Of a DNA stretch of 64,000 bases, positions 26,665 to 36,942 are shown in pieces. The notes under the pieces are model-generated. The model was not told where the DNA came from, did no database searches, and saw only the letters and a program-made list of their open reading frames with translations. Numbering within the stretch: position 1 is the stretch's first letter; each line of letters begins with the position of its first letter. Source of the stretch: Gammaproteobacteria bacterium (GTDB taxonomy: Bacteria > Pseudomonadota > Gammaproteobacteria > Steroidobacterales > Foliamicaceae); NCBI GenBank assembly GCA_965200225.1, contig CBDATM010000001.1:1819860-1883859 (forward strand). Reading direction: 5' to 3'. Position numbers and translations under genes: made by a program.

Positions 26665-28700
26665 AGATCGACATTGCCTGGCTTCGAGAGTGGTGCAACC
26701 CCAGGGCCGACGATCAGGCGCTTGCCGACCGTCTCACCATGGCGGGACTGGAGGTGGACCGGATCAGCCGCGCCGAGGACGGCTCCCGGGCCCTGGAACT
26801 GTCGCTTACTCCCAATCGGGCGGACTGTTTCTCGGTGCGCGGCGTGGCGCGGGAAGTCGCTGCGCTGTTCGACACGAAGATTGCTGCGCGCAAGGCGCCC
26901 GCGGCGCCTGTAGCAAGCAATGCGCGCCGGGAACTGCGGCTGTCCGCCGCCGAGGGCTGTCCGCGTTTTGCCGGCCGCGTGATCGAGGGCCTGGATGTGG
27001 CCGCCGCGACTCCGGACTTCATCGCACGCCGGTTGCTGGCGGCGGGGATGCGGCCGCTGCACCTGCTGGTGGACGTAACCAACTACGTGATGCTGGAACT
27101 GGGGCAGCCCATGCACGCCTATGACCTGCAGCGCCTCCACGGCGATCTTGGCGCGCGCTGGGCAGGGCAGGGCGAAACGCTGACCCTTCTGGATGGCGCC
27201 GAAGCGAAGCTGGACTCGGATGTGCTGGTGATTGCGGACGAGCGGCAGGCCGTGGCCGCTGCCGGCATCATGGGCGGGCTGAGCAGCGCGGTGGGCGACG
27301 GCACCCATTCGGTATTGCTTGAATCGGCGTTCTTTGCGCCGGATGCCGTGGCGGGCAGGGCCCGCCGCCTTGGACTTCAGACCGAGGCTTCGCTGCGGTT
27401 CGAGCGAGGCGTTGATCCGGCCGGCCAGGTGGAAGCCCTGGAGCTTGCCACGCAGCTGATCCTGGAGTCCTCCGGCGGACGAGCGGGACCGGTGGTGGAT
27501 TCCGTGGATGGCGAGCAGTTGCCGCGGCGCGAGCCGATCAGCTTGCGGCGTAATCGCCTGACGGCGCTATTGGGTCTGGCGCTGCCCGATGTCGACGTGG
27601 CGGCCATGCTGCGGGGTCTTGGCATGAGGGTGCGCAAGACCACGGCTGGCTGGCGAGTTACGCCGCCGTCGTTCCGCTTCGACCTGAATCTGGAAGCAGA
27701 CCTGGTAGAGGAGGTTGCGCGGATCCACGGCTACGAGAACATTCCCGAAACGCCGGCGCGTTGGAGCGCGCATCCGGGCCCGGCCACCGAGCAGCGGGTG
27801 GAAGAAGACCGCGTGCGGGCGCTGCTGATTGACCGCGGCTACCACGAATGCGTCAACTACAGCTTTCGCGACCAGGAGACACACGAGGCTTTTCATGCCG
27901 GCGAGCCCGCTCTCAGGCTGGCCAACCCGCTGTCGGGCGAGCTCTCGGTCCTTAGAAGGTCGCTGTGGCCGGGACTGTTGCACAACTATCGCGCCAACCG
28001 GGACCGAGGAACCTTGCGCGCTCGCCTTTTTGAAATAGGTATTTGCTTTTCTGGAGAACCATCTGAAATAACTGAGGAAATATGGATCGCCGGATTGCTG
28101 GCCGGAGACGCTGTTCCCGAACAGTGGGGGGATGAAATGCGAGCGGCGGACTTTTTTGATGGCCGCGGCGACGTGGAGGCCATACTGCGCCTGTCCGCAT
28201 TCGCCGGGCGCTATCGCTTCGAGGCGGCACAGCACAAGGTCCTGCGGCCCGGACGTTCGGTTCGCATCCTGCGCGACCAGGAAAAAGTGGGCTGGCTCGG
28301 AGAGTTGCATCCGCAACTGGCGGACGAAGGAACGGTGACCGCGCCGCAGGTATTCGCCTTGCGTTTTGATGCGATCCGCGACTCCGAACCGGCAGAAGCG
28401 GCGCAGATTTCGCGTTTTCCTTCGGTCCGGCGCGACCTTTCGCTGCGTTGCCCGCAGAGCGTTCCGGTGGGTGATATGCTGGCCGCCATCCATGCGAATG
28501 GCGGAGACCTGCTACGCGAAGTTGTCGCCTTCGATGTCTATGAGGACGGACACAGTTTGCGGAATGATATAAAAAGCGTTGGCTTAGGCTTGATTTTTCA
28601 GTCAATTTCGCGCACACTTGCAGACCCGGAAGTGGACGATGCCGTGTTGGGCGTAATTTCACTCCTCGGGACAACGTTTGGAGCCAGCGTTCGCGAATGA
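26661..28700 (+). CDS. pheT: phenylalanine--tRNA ligase beta subunit, short form (679 aa) lacking the B2 OB-fold
   Basis: ATGA overlap with pheS; [14 protein letters not shown]...MAGLEVD runs directly into ...[12 protein letters not shown]. Confidence 0.9.
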   Translation: MKIDIAWLREWCNPRADDQALADRLTMAGLEVDRISRAEDGSRALELSLTPNRADCFSVRGVAREVAALFDTKIAARKAPAAPVASNARRELRLSAAEGCPRFAGRVIEGLDVAAATPDFIARRLLAAGMRPLHLLVDVTNYVMLELGQPMHAYDLQRLHGDLGARWAGQGETLTLLDGAEAKLDSDVLVIADERQAVAAAGIMGGLSSAVGDGTHSVLLESAFFAPDAVAGRARRLGLQTEASLRFERGVDPAGQVEALELATQLILESSGGRAGPVVDSVDGEQLPRREPISLRRNRLTALLGLALPDVDVAAMLRGLGMRVRKTTAGWRVTPPSFRFDLNLEADLVEEVARIHGYENIPETPARWSAHPGPATEQRVEEDRVRALLIDRGYHECVNYSFRDQETHEAFHAGEPALRLANPLSGELSVLRRSLWPGLLHNYRANRDRGTLRARLFEIGICFSGEPSEITEEIWIAGLLAGDAVPEQWGDEMRAADFFDGRGDVEAILRLSAFAGRYRFEAAQHKVLRPGRSVRILRDQEKVGWLGELHPQLADEGTVTAPQVFALRFDAIRDSEPAEAAQISRFPSVRRDLSLRCPQSVPVGDMLAAIHANGGDLLREVVAFDVYEDGHSLRNDIKSVGLGLIFQSISRTLADPEVDDAVLGVISLLGTTFGASVRE

Positions 28701-29002
28701 AAAGAAAAATGCTTACCCGGGCCGGAATCGTCGGCTCCCTGCATGCCCATATCGGCATCAGCAAGCAGGAAGGGGCGATGGTGGTCAACGAAGTGTTCGA
28801 GAGCATCAGCGATGCGCTGGTGGGCGGACAGCGCGTGAAGATTTCCGGTTTCGGCAACTTCGAATTGCGCGACAAGGGCGAGCGCCCGGGCCGGAATCCG
28901 CGCAGCGGCGAGAGCATCCCGATCAGTGTCCGCCGGGTGGTGACATTTTCGGCGGGGCAGAAATTGAGGCAAATGGTGGAAGCGGGTGCTGGACCAGATT
29001 GA
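28697..29002 (+). CDS. ihfA: integration host factor alpha subunit
   Basis: ATGA overlap with pheT; [34 protein letters not shown]. Confidence 0.9.
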   Translation: MKRKMLTRAGIVGSLHAHIGISKQEGAMVVNEVFESISDALVGGQRVKISGFGNFELRDKGERPGRNPRSGESIPISVRRVVTFSAGQKLRQMVEAGAGPD

Positions 29003-29345
29003 TCAGGATCTGAAGCTGCCGCCGATTCCGGCGAAGCGCCTCGTTACCATAGGCGAGGCCAGTGAGTTATGCCAGGTAGAGCAGCATGTGCTTCGCTACT
29101 GGGAGAAGGAGTTCCCGCAACTGAACCCCACCAAGCGCCGCGGCGGCCGCCGCTACTATCGGGCGCAGGACATCATGCTGATCCGGCAGATCCGCCACCT
29201 TCTGCAGGTCGAAGGCTACACATTGGCAGGCGCGCGTCAGCGGCTGGAAGGGTCCGAGCGGCGCGAGGATCAGAATCAACTTCGGCAATTCGTGCGTCAG
29301 ATGCGCTCGGAGCTGGAGGAAGTGCAACGTTTGCTGCTGCCGTAA
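28986..29345 (+). CDS. MerR-family transcriptional regulator
   Basis: [26 protein letters not shown]; conserved position after ihfA. Confidence 0.8.
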   Translation: MLDQIDQDLKLPPIPAKRLVTIGEASELCQVEQHVLRYWEKEFPQLNPTKRRGGRRYYRAQDIMLIRQIRHLLQVEGYTLAGARQRLEGSERREDQNQLRQFVRQMRSELEEVQRLLLP

Positions 29346-29418
29346 CGCGCTCTGATGCCACAATATCAGCCGGCCACGGCACTCGGGTAGCTTCAGGCGA
29401 TAAAATGAGCGCCCGGTT

Positions 29419-29495
<77 letters not shown>

Positions 29496-29516
29496 TTTTC
29501 CCGAGTCGTCCCGCTT

Positions 29517-30578
29517 ATGCATCAGGTTCTGCAGCGTAGTTCACTGTTGGTGATGGTGGCCGCGGTCAGCGTGGCCTTTCTGCTGCTGCTCGTCGACTTG
29601 CTGCTGCCGACGTTCTGGGCGGCGGTGCTGGCGGTCCTGTTCCATGGGCTGTACCGGCGCCTGCTCCCGCTTCTGTTTGCGAAACCGTCACTGGCTGCGT
29701 CCGCCGTACTGCTCATCGTGGTGTTGGGAGTGGTTGCGCCCGTGCTGTTGCTGGGGTGGGCAGTCGTGCGCGAGGCCAGCCAGTTCTACGCCGCGGTGGA
29801 GCAGGGCGCGCTCGACCCGCTGGCGCCCCTGGAAACGATCGGCGCCTGGGTGCCCTGGGCTAGCGGCTGGCTGGAATCTCTGGGATTGAGCCTGGAACAG
29901 ATTCGCGAGAACCTGTTGGCGGCCGCCGCGAACGCCGGAAAATTTGCGGCTACGGGACTGGTTGCCGCGGGCTCGGGCGCGCTCGTGTTGATGTTTCAGC
30001 TCGCCATCATGCTCTACCTGCTGTTTTTCTTCCTGCGGGACGGGGAAAAACTGGTGGCCCTGCTGGTGCGTATCCTGCCGCTGGGCGACGAGAGGGAATA
30101 CGAGCTGTTTGGCCAGTTTGCAACCGTCTCGCGGATCAGCGTTACCTCCACCGCCGCAATCGGCCTTGTGCAAGGCGGTCTGGGCGGTGTAACGCTGGCG
30201 ATTCTGGGCATCGGCAGTCCGGTCCTGCTGGGCGTGCTCATGGGGGTCCTGTCGATTATTCCGGCCGTGGGGCCCGCCCTGGTCTGGATGCCGGTCGCGC
30301 TTTGGTTGTTCGCTTCCGGCGCCTGGGTCAAGGGCCTGGTTCTGGTGGCCGTGGGCACGCTGGTGGTGGGTCTGGCCGACAACTTCCTGCGGCCCATGCT
30401 GGTGGGAAAGAGGGCGCGCCTTCCCGATTACGTGGTGCTGCTCGCCACTCTCGGCGGCTTGTCGGCCTTCGGTTTTTCGGGGCTGGTCATCGGACCGGTT
30501 CTGGCAGCCCTGTTCTTCGTTTCCTGGCGCCTGTTCGAGGAGGAGTTCTCGCCGGCGGAAACGCATGATGCGCCGTGA
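29517..30578 (+). CDS. AI-2E family transporter (PerM/UPF0118)
   Basis: Start ATG 29517, after the tRNA; polytopic membrane protein, ...GVLSIIPAVGPALVWMP... Confidence 0.8.
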   Translation: MHQVLQRSSLLVMVAAVSVAFLLLLVDLLLPTFWAAVLAVLFHGLYRRLLPLLFAKPSLAASAVLLIVVLGVVAPVLLLGWAVVREASQFYAAVEQGALDPLAPLETIGAWVPWASGWLESLGLSLEQIRENLLAAAANAGKFAATGLVAAGSGALVLMFQLAIMLYLLFFFLRDGEKLVALLVRILPLGDEREYELFGQFATVSRISVTSTAAIGLVQGGLGGVTLAILGIGSPVLLGVLMGVLSIIPAVGPALVWMPVALWLFASGAWVKGLVLVAVGTLVVGLADNFLRPMLVGKRARLPDYVVLLATLGGLSAFGFSGLVIGPVLAALFFVSWRLFEEEFSPAETHDAP

Positions 30579-30596
30579 ACAAGGCGAGGCGCGCTG

Positions 30597-32015
30597 ATGC
30601 AAGGGGAAAGGCAGGAAACGGCACTGGCGCGGGAGCTTGCCGCCATCGTGGGCCAGTCCCACTGCATTGACGATCCCGAGGCGCTGCAGCCGTATCTCCA
30701 GGAGCCGCGCGGCCTCTACCGGGGGCAAGCGGAATTGCTGGCGGCGCCCGGAAGCGCCGAGGAAACGGCCCGCGTGCTGGCCTGCTGCAACCGCCGCGCC
30801 GTGGGCGTGGTTCCGGTGGGCGGACGCACGGGTTTGTGCGGCGGCACGCACTCGCGGCGCGGCCAGTTGCTGCTCAGCCTCCACCGGCAGCGGCGAGTGC
30901 GGCGGATCAGCGCCGCCAGCCTCACCGCCGAGGCCGGCTGCGTGCTGGCCTCGCTGCAGGAGGAAGCCGGGAAGGCAGACTGCCTTTTCCCCCTGAGCCT
31001 GGGATCCGAGGGCAGTTGCCAGCTTGGCGGGGCGCTGTCCACCAATGCCGGGGGCATTCACGTGCTGCGCTACGGAATGGCGCGGGATCTGGTGCTGGGC
31101 CTGGAGGTGGCGTTGCCCGACGGACGGCTTCTGTCCGATCTCAAGCCGCTGGCCAAGGACAATACGGGATACGACGTAAAGCAGTTGTTCATCGGATCCG
31201 AAGGGACCCTGGGCGTGATCACGGCGGCCACCATCAAGCTCCATCCGCTTCCGAAATCCCGCGTGACGGCTCTGTTGGGAGTGGCTTCGCCGGCTCGGGC
31301 GGTTTCCTTGTACGACAGCGCGCGGGCCAGACTGGGCGCCGAACTCAACGCCTTTGAGCTGGTGGCCCGGCGGGCCGCGCAATTGTGCGAAGAACAACTG
31401 GAAGAGGTTTCCATCCCTTCGGCCATGGACGCGCCCTGGCTGCTGTGCCTGGAACTTGCGGGCGTTGTTGAGGACACGGTGCTGACGGAACGGCTTGCGG
31501 AGTTTCTTGAAGACGCGCTGCGCGCGGGCGACCTGCTGGACGCCGTATGCGCCGCCAGCGAGGCGCAGCGCGAAGCGATCTGGCGGCTGAGGCATGGCGT
31601 GCCGGAAGCGGTTCGCAGAGCCGGTCCGGCCCTGCGCCACGACCTGGCGGTGCCGTACGAGAGAATCCCCGAGTTTCTCGAAAGCGCCCGCGAACTGTGC
31701 CGGAAATTCGTGCCGGGTGCCGAGCCGGTGCCTTTCGGCCACATCGGCGACGGCAATCTTCACTATTCCCTGACTTGTCCGGACGATTTCGAACCGGAGC
31801 TCTTCTTGCGGCAGGGCAAAGGCCTGAGCGCTGCGCTGCGCGAGCTGGCCTGGGGCATGGACGGCAGCTTCAGCGCCGAACACGGCGTGGGGCTTTTGCT
31901 GAAGGACGAACTGGAACGGCTGGGCGATCCGGTCAAACTGGGCCTGATGCGCGCACTCAAGCGCGCCCTGGATCCGCAGGGCATCATGAACCCCGGAAAG
32001 GTGCTGGCGGCATGA
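30597..32015 (+). CDS. FAD-linked oxidase (GlcD / D-2-hydroxyacid dehydrogenase family)
   Basis: GGRTGLCGG FAD-binding region; C-terminal FSAEHGVGLLLKDEL. Confidence 0.85.
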   Translation: MQGERQETALARELAAIVGQSHCIDDPEALQPYLQEPRGLYRGQAELLAAPGSAEETARVLACCNRRAVGVVPVGGRTGLCGGTHSRRGQLLLSLHRQRRVRRISAASLTAEAGCVLASLQEEAGKADCLFPLSLGSEGSCQLGGALSTNAGGIHVLRYGMARDLVLGLEVALPDGRLLSDLKPLAKDNTGYDVKQLFIGSEGTLGVITAATIKLHPLPKSRVTALLGVASPARAVSLYDSARARLGAELNAFELVARRAAQLCEEQLEEVSIPSAMDAPWLLCLELAGVVEDTVLTERLAEFLEDALRAGDLLDAVCAASEAQREAIWRLRHGVPEAVRRAGPALRHDLAVPYERIPEFLESARELCRKFVPGAEPVPFGHIGDGNLHYSLTCPDDFEPELFLRQGKGLSAALRELAWGMDGSFSAEHGVGLLLKDELERLGDPVKLGLMRALKRALDPQGIMNPGKVLAA

Positions 32016-34600
32016 GCGCGCCCTGGGCAGTGCTCAAGTTCGGCGGCGCCAGCGTGGCGGGCGCGGAAGGCTGGGACGCCATAGCCGGGCTGGTCCGCCG
32101 CCGCCTGGAGCAGGGTCTGCGGCCCATCGTTGTGCATTCGGCGGTGGCCGGCGTAACCGATGAACTGGAAGCGCTGATCGAACTGGCGCGCCGCGACGAG
32201 CACGGCGAGCGCGAGCAGGCGCTCGCTGAACGGCACCTGGAACTGGCGCGCGCGGTCGGCATTGCCGACCCCCAAGCTTGCCTGAGTTCCGAACTGGCCA
32301 ATCTGGCGCAGCTTTTGCGTGGCATTGCCTTGACCGGAGGGGCGGGTTATCGGGCGCGGGTCAAGGTTCTGGCTCTGGGCGAACGTCTGGCCGGCCGCTT
32401 GGGAGCGGAGGCGCTTTCGGTGAAGGGCATCCGCATTTCACCGGTGAATCCCGCCCGCCTGCTGCGGGCCGAGGAGCGCCCCTGGGCCAGCGAGCGCGAC
32501 TCCATGCTGAGTGCGGCCTGTTCTCACGATACCGACGCCGAAGCGGCGGCGCTGCTGGATGGCCTGTCTGGCGTTCCGCTTACGCAGGGTTATATCGCCC
32601 GCAATGCCGAGGGCGAGGAGGTGCTGCTGGGCCGGGGCGGTTCCGACGTGTCCGCGGCGGCGCTGGCTGCCGCGATCGGGGCTCGCCGGCTGGAAATCTG
32701 GACCGACGTGCCGGGCGTTTTCAGCGCCGATCCCAGGGTGATCAGCGGCGCCCGGCTGCTGCGCCGGCTCAGCTACGCGGAAGCGCAGGAGATCGCAACC
32801 TCCGGTGGCAGCGTGCTGCACCCGCTGTGCATTCCTGCGCTGCGGGACAGGCGCATTCCGCTGACGGTTCGTTCGACTGAGCATCCGGAACTGCCGGGCA
32901 CCCGCATTGGCCCGGCGGGAGGGACTGACAGCGCGCAGGTCAAGGCCGTGATGCTGCGCAGCGGCGTGCCGCTGGTATCGCTGGAAACGCTGGGCATGTG
33001 GCGGCGGGTGGGTTTTCTCCAGGAGGTTTTCACCTGTTTCGGCGCGCTGGGGCTGTCGGTGGACCTGGTCTCGACGTCCGATAGCAATGTTACGGTAACC
33101 TTGGATACCGACCCCGAAGTTTTCACTCCGCAGCTCATGGGGCGGCTGCGCTCGGAACTGGGCCGAATCGGGCAGGTGAGGATCACCACCAACGCCAGCG
33201 TGGTGACGCTGGTGGGACGGCGCATACGAGCCGTTCTGCACGAAGTGGGGCCTGCGCTTGAGGCCTTTCGAGAACAACCGATCCACCTGCTGAGTCAGGC
33301 GGCCAGCGATCTCAATATCAGCTTCGTGGTGGATCCGGACCAGGCCCGGCGGCTGGCGCAGAGCTTGCATGGACGCCTGATTGCGCCGGACGTGGGCGAC
33401 GAAGTCTTCGGGCCTGCCTGGGAGGAACTGACCCGGCCAGCCCCGGCGAGTCCCCGTAGCGCCAGCTCGCCCTGGTGGTCCGGGCGACGCGCCGAGTTGC
33501 TGAAACTGGCGGAACGGCACGGCGCGGTGTATGTCTACGACCTGGGGCAGGTAGCCGCTGCGGCCGAACGGCTTGTCCAGCTGAAATCCATGGAACGCGT
33601 GTATTACGCGCTCAAGGCCAACCCGCACCCCGGCGTGCTGGAGCGCGCGCGCGCCTGCGGATTGGAATTCGAGTGCGTCTCGCCCGGCGAGTTGCGCATG
33701 ATTCGGGAACGATTCCCGCAACATGAAACGGCGCGGATTCTGTTTACGCCGAACTTCGCGCCCCGTTCCGAGTACCGCGAAGCTCTGGAAGCCGGCGCCA
33801 TGGTGACGGTGGACAATCTCGCAGTGCTGGAAGAGTGGCCGGAGCTGTTCGCTGGAAGCCGGATATTTCTGCGGCTGGACCCGGGCGTGGGGCGCGGATT
33901 GCACCGGCACGTGCGAACGGCGGGCGTGCACTCGAAGTTCGGCATACCGCTGTTCGAGGTTGAGCGCGCCGCCAGGGCCGCTGCGGCTGCCGGCGCGAAG
34001 GTTACCGGGCTTCATGCCCACATGGGCAGCGGAGTCATGGACCCTGGCGCCTGGATTCCCATAGCGGAGACGCTGCTGGATTGCGTCGAGCATTTCCCGC
34101 ATGTGCGCGCCTTGAATCTGGGCGGCGGCCTGGGGGTGCCTCAGCATTCGGGAGAGCAGGCCCTGGACCTGGCCGCGCTGGATGCCGGACTTGCCGAATG
34201 CCGAGCCAGAACGCCGCGCGCGCTGGAATTCTGGCTGGAGCCGGGCCGCTATGTGGTGGCGGAGGCCGGCGTGCTGTTGGCGCGGGTCACCCAGGCGAAG
34301 GGCAAGAGCGGCGCTCGCTATGTGGGCGTGGAGACGGGCATGAACTCGCTGATCCGCCCGGCGCTGTACGGCTCGTACCATGAGGTGTACAACTTGAGTC
34401 GTCTCGATGAACCGGCGACCCGGCTGGTGAACGTGGTGGGACCGATCTGCGAGAGTGGCGATGTGCTGGCACGCGACCGAATGCTTCCGGAATGCCGCGA
34501 GGGCGATGTGTTGTTGTTCGCCAATGCCGGGGCCTATGGGCGGGTGATGGCTTCGGGTTATAACCTGCGCGAACCGGCCTGCGAGGAGGTGATCGAGTGA
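32012..34600 (+). CDS. bifunctional aspartate kinase / diaminopimelate decarboxylase
   Basis: ATGA overlap; N-terminus VLKFGGASV (aspartokinase) with ACT region; C-terminus YYALKANP...GGGLGV (PLP decarboxylase). Confidence 0.85.
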   Translation: MSAPWAVLKFGGASVAGAEGWDAIAGLVRRRLEQGLRPIVVHSAVAGVTDELEALIELARRDEHGEREQALAERHLELARAVGIADPQACLSSELANLAQLLRGIALTGGAGYRARVKVLALGERLAGRLGAEALSVKGIRISPVNPARLLRAEERPWASERDSMLSAACSHDTDAEAAALLDGLSGVPLTQGYIARNAEGEEVLLGRGGSDVSAAALAAAIGARRLEIWTDVPGVFSADPRVISGARLLRRLSYAEAQEIATSGGSVLHPLCIPALRDRRIPLTVRSTEHPELPGTRIGPAGGTDSAQVKAVMLRSGVPLVSLETLGMWRRVGFLQEVFTCFGALGLSVDLVSTSDSNVTVTLDTDPEVFTPQLMGRLRSELGRIGQVRITTNASVVTLVGRRIRAVLHEVGPALEAFREQPIHLLSQAASDLNISFVVDPDQARRLAQSLHGRLIAPDVGDEVFGPAWEELTRPAPASPRSASSPWWSGRRAELLKLAERHGAVYVYDLGQVAAAAERLVQLKSMERVYYALKANPHPGVLERARACGLEFECVSPGELRMIRERFPQHETARILFTPNFAPRSEYREALEAGAMVTVDNLAVLEEWPELFAGSRIFLRLDPGVGRGLHRHVRTAGVHSKFGIPLFEVERAARAAAAAGAKVTGLHAHMGSGVMDPGAWIPIAETLLDCVEHFPHVRALNLGGGLGVPQHSGEQALDLAALDAGLAECRARTPRALEFWLEPGRYVVAEAGVLLARVTQAKGKSGARYVGVETGMNSLIRPALYGSYHEVYNLSRLDEPATRLVNVVGPICESGDVLARDRMLPECREGDVLLFANAGAYGRVMASGYNLREPACEEVIE

Positions 34601-34890
34601 ACAAGGCGGCTTCGGCGGATTTTCTGCGGGAACTGGAGGCGGTGATCCGCTCGCGTAGCGCAGCCGCCCCCGAGGACAGCTATACGGCCCGGCTGCTGGG
34701 CGCGGGGATACGGCGCGTGGCGCAGAAATTCGGCGAGGAGTCGGTGGAGTTGGCTCTGGCTGCAGCTTGCGGCGACCGCAAGGGCGTGCGTGCGGAGGCT
34801 GCCGATGTGATCTATCACCTGCTGGTGCTGCTGGAGGGAAGCGGCGTTTCGCTTGCCGAGGTGCTGGACGAGCTGCGCTCGCGCCGCTGA
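34597..34890 (+). CDS. hisE: phosphoribosyl-ATP pyrophosphatase
   Basis: GTGA overlap; SYTARLL...KFGEESVELALAA...EAADVIYHLLVLL. Confidence 0.8.
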   Translation: MNKAASADFLRELEAVIRSRSAAAPEDSYTARLLGAGIRRVAQKFGEESVELALAAACGDRKGVRAEAADVIYHLLVLLEGSGVSLAEVLDELRSRR

Positions 34891-34975
34891 CCCCGGGCGC
34901 ACCGCTGCCCCGCAGGCACACCGCTGACTCACAGGCACCCCGGGCAAGGAATCTTGCGCTATCGTTTGACTGCCT

Positions 34976-35236
34976 GTGGACCCTCGCATCGAACGCATAC
35001 TTTCCTCCGTTATGGACCCGGAGATCCCGGTGCTGTCGGTGCTGGACCTAGGAGTGGTGCGCAACGTGGAGGCGAAAGCCGGGCGGGTGGAAGTGGAACT
35101 CACGCCCACCTATACGGCTTGTCCCATTCGCGCCTCTCTGGAAGACGCGGGCTACACGGTGCAGGTTCGCCGAGTGCTGACGCCGCCGTGGACCACTGAC
35201 TGGATTTCTCCCAAGGGCCGCTTCAAGTGCCTGTAG
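34976..35236 (+). CDS. DUF59/PaaD-like protein (short)
   Basis: DPEIPVLSVLDLGVV...TPTYTACP...WTTDWIS; ends where PaaD proteins continue; 3' end overlaps gspM by 14 nt. Confidence 0.55.
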   Translation: MDPRIERILSSVMDPEIPVLSVLDLGVVRNVEAKAGRVEVELTPTYTACPIRASLEDAGYTVQVRRVLTPPWTTDWISPKGRFKCL

Positions 35237-35735
35237 CGTGCGTTGGCAGGTGTGCGCCGGTGCGTTCCAGGACCAGGGTGATTTGTACGAGGCCGGGCGA
35301 CTCGGCGGGTTCGATATCGGCGCTGATGGTGCGCACGCCTTCCTGTACGGCCATCGTCAGAAGCCAGGCGCTGATTTCGGGGAATGGCGCATCCTTCAGG
35401 CGTAGCTGTACGCGGCGTTCTCCGTCGGCATTGCCTTCCTCCAGGTAAGCGCTCAGGCCCGCTTCCTGGAGCGTGCGATTGGCGGAAAGCAGCAGGGAGG
35501 TGTCGGAGCGCGAGCGGGTCGGCGGCAGCGTCGCCCTGCGCCCGCGCAGCGCTTCTACCCGTTGCAGCAGGGCCTGCTCCGAAACCAGCTTCTGCTCGAA
35601 ATGATCAGCGCGCTGCATGAGCGGATCCACCAGGGTGAAGAACCAGAGCGCTACGGCAAGGACGGCCGCCAGAATTCCCAGCAGCAGGCGCTCGCGCGCG
35701 CTTCGGGCCTGCCAGAACTCAACGATTGCGTTCAT
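35223..35735 (-). CDS. gspM: type II secretion system protein M
   Basis: Start ATG 35735; WQARSARERLLLGILAAVLAVALWFF typical GspM N-terminus. Confidence 0.7.
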   Translation of the reverse strand: MNAIVEFWQARSARERLLLGILAAVLAVALWFFTLVDPLMQRADHFEQKLVSEQALLQRVEALRGRRATLPPTRSRSDTSLLLSANRTLQEAGLSAYLEEGNADGERRVQLRLKDAPFPEISAWLLTMAVQEGVRTISADIEPAESPGLVQITLVLERTGAHLPTHATGT

Positions 35736-36942
35736 CGCGAATCTCCAGTTCCGCCACAACGGCGCCGTTGGACTCCGGCGTCGCCGTTTGAATGACCACG
35801 GAATACCCTGCGGAGCGCAGTCGCTGGCGCCTGTCTTCCAGAATATCCATGTCCGCGGCCCGAATCAGCGCTCCGGCGGACTCGTTGCGGAAATTCAACC
35901 CCAGCATCTGCAAGCGTTCGCCACTGCTGCGCTCCAGTTCTCCAAGCAGGCGCAGAAAGCCGTCGCTGCGGGCGACATTGCTCAAGTCCACGGCGCCGGC
36001 GCGCCGGTCCAACTGTTGGCGCAGGTTCACGCTTCTGGAGATGTCCGGCATCAGTTGCGCAAGCCGGGCGTCCACGGCCTGGGCAGTTTCCTTGTAGCGA
36101 GCCTGGTATCGCCATCCTTCCAGTCCGAGAAGCGCGGGATAGAGCAGGGCGGCCGCCAGCGCCGCCAGGATGCCATTCCGCGCCCAGCGGCCCCTTTTGT
36201 CGCGTTTGCGGAATTCGCCCTGCAGCAGATCGACAGGTCTGCCGGACAACGCTTCCGCGGACAGTTGAGCCATAACGCCCCGTTGCAGAAGACGCAACTC
36301 CACCTCCCGACCCGCCAGCTTCGTCATGGCTTCGCGGGCCGCGTCTTCCAGCGAAGGATCGCAGTAGATCAGCAGGCGAAACGGGACGGCGTCCTCATCG
36401 CCATGTTCGGAGCACAGTATTTCCACCAGCCCGGATAGTTCCGGGGGATTCGCGGCCACGAGTTGCCCGGCGCCGTCCCGCAACAGCAGTTTGTCGCGTT
36501 CCAGAAGCGCTACCGCCACGTTGGGCACATCGGGCAGCGCATCCCCTTCGCTGCAAGCCAGATCCGCGTTCAGGCCCGCTTCCTGGCTTTGGCGCAGCCA
36601 TTCGGCAAGCCGTTTGCGTTCGACCGCCGCCACCTCCAGTACGTCCCCGGAAATCGGACCGCAAACGAAATGCAGGTCCTCCACCTCGCCGGCAATCTGG
36701 TCCTCCAGCGCATACCGCGCGCCCTTTGCGGCCGCGCGCCGACCGCGCGCCGGCAGCTCCACGCGGCTGCGAAACACTTCGCCGGCGGGCAGCAGCAGCA
36801 CAACCTTGCGTCCCTCGGATAACGCGGCGGCCTGTTCCAGTTCTCCTTCGCCGCTCAGTGGCAGGGCTGCGCCATGGGCGTCCACGACTTGCCACAAGGC
36901 GGGCCCGTCCGCAGCGGAAAGACGGACGACCAGGTATTCCAT
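35719..36942 (-). CDS. gspL: type II secretion system protein L
   Basis: Start ATG 36942 (MEYLVVRL...); ...ARYALEDQIAGEVEDLHF...; central TM helix. Confidence 0.8.
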   Translation of the reverse strand: MEYLVVRLSAADGPALWQVVDAHGAALPLSGEGELEQAAALSEGRKVVLLLPAGEVFRSRVELPARGRRAAAKGARYALEDQIAGEVEDLHFVCGPISGDVLEVAAVERKRLAEWLRQSQEAGLNADLACSEGDALPDVPNVAVALLERDKLLLRDGAGQLVAANPPELSGLVEILCSEHGDEDAVPFRLLIYCDPSLEDAAREAMTKLAGREVELRLLQRGVMAQLSAEALSGRPVDLLQGEFRKRDKRGRWARNGILAALAAALLYPALLGLEGWRYQARYKETAQAVDARLAQLMPDISRSVNLRQQLDRRAGAVDLSNVARSDGFLRLLGELERSSGERLQMLGLNFRNESAGALIRAADMDILEDRRQRLRSAGYSVVIQTATPESNGAVVAELEIRDERNR

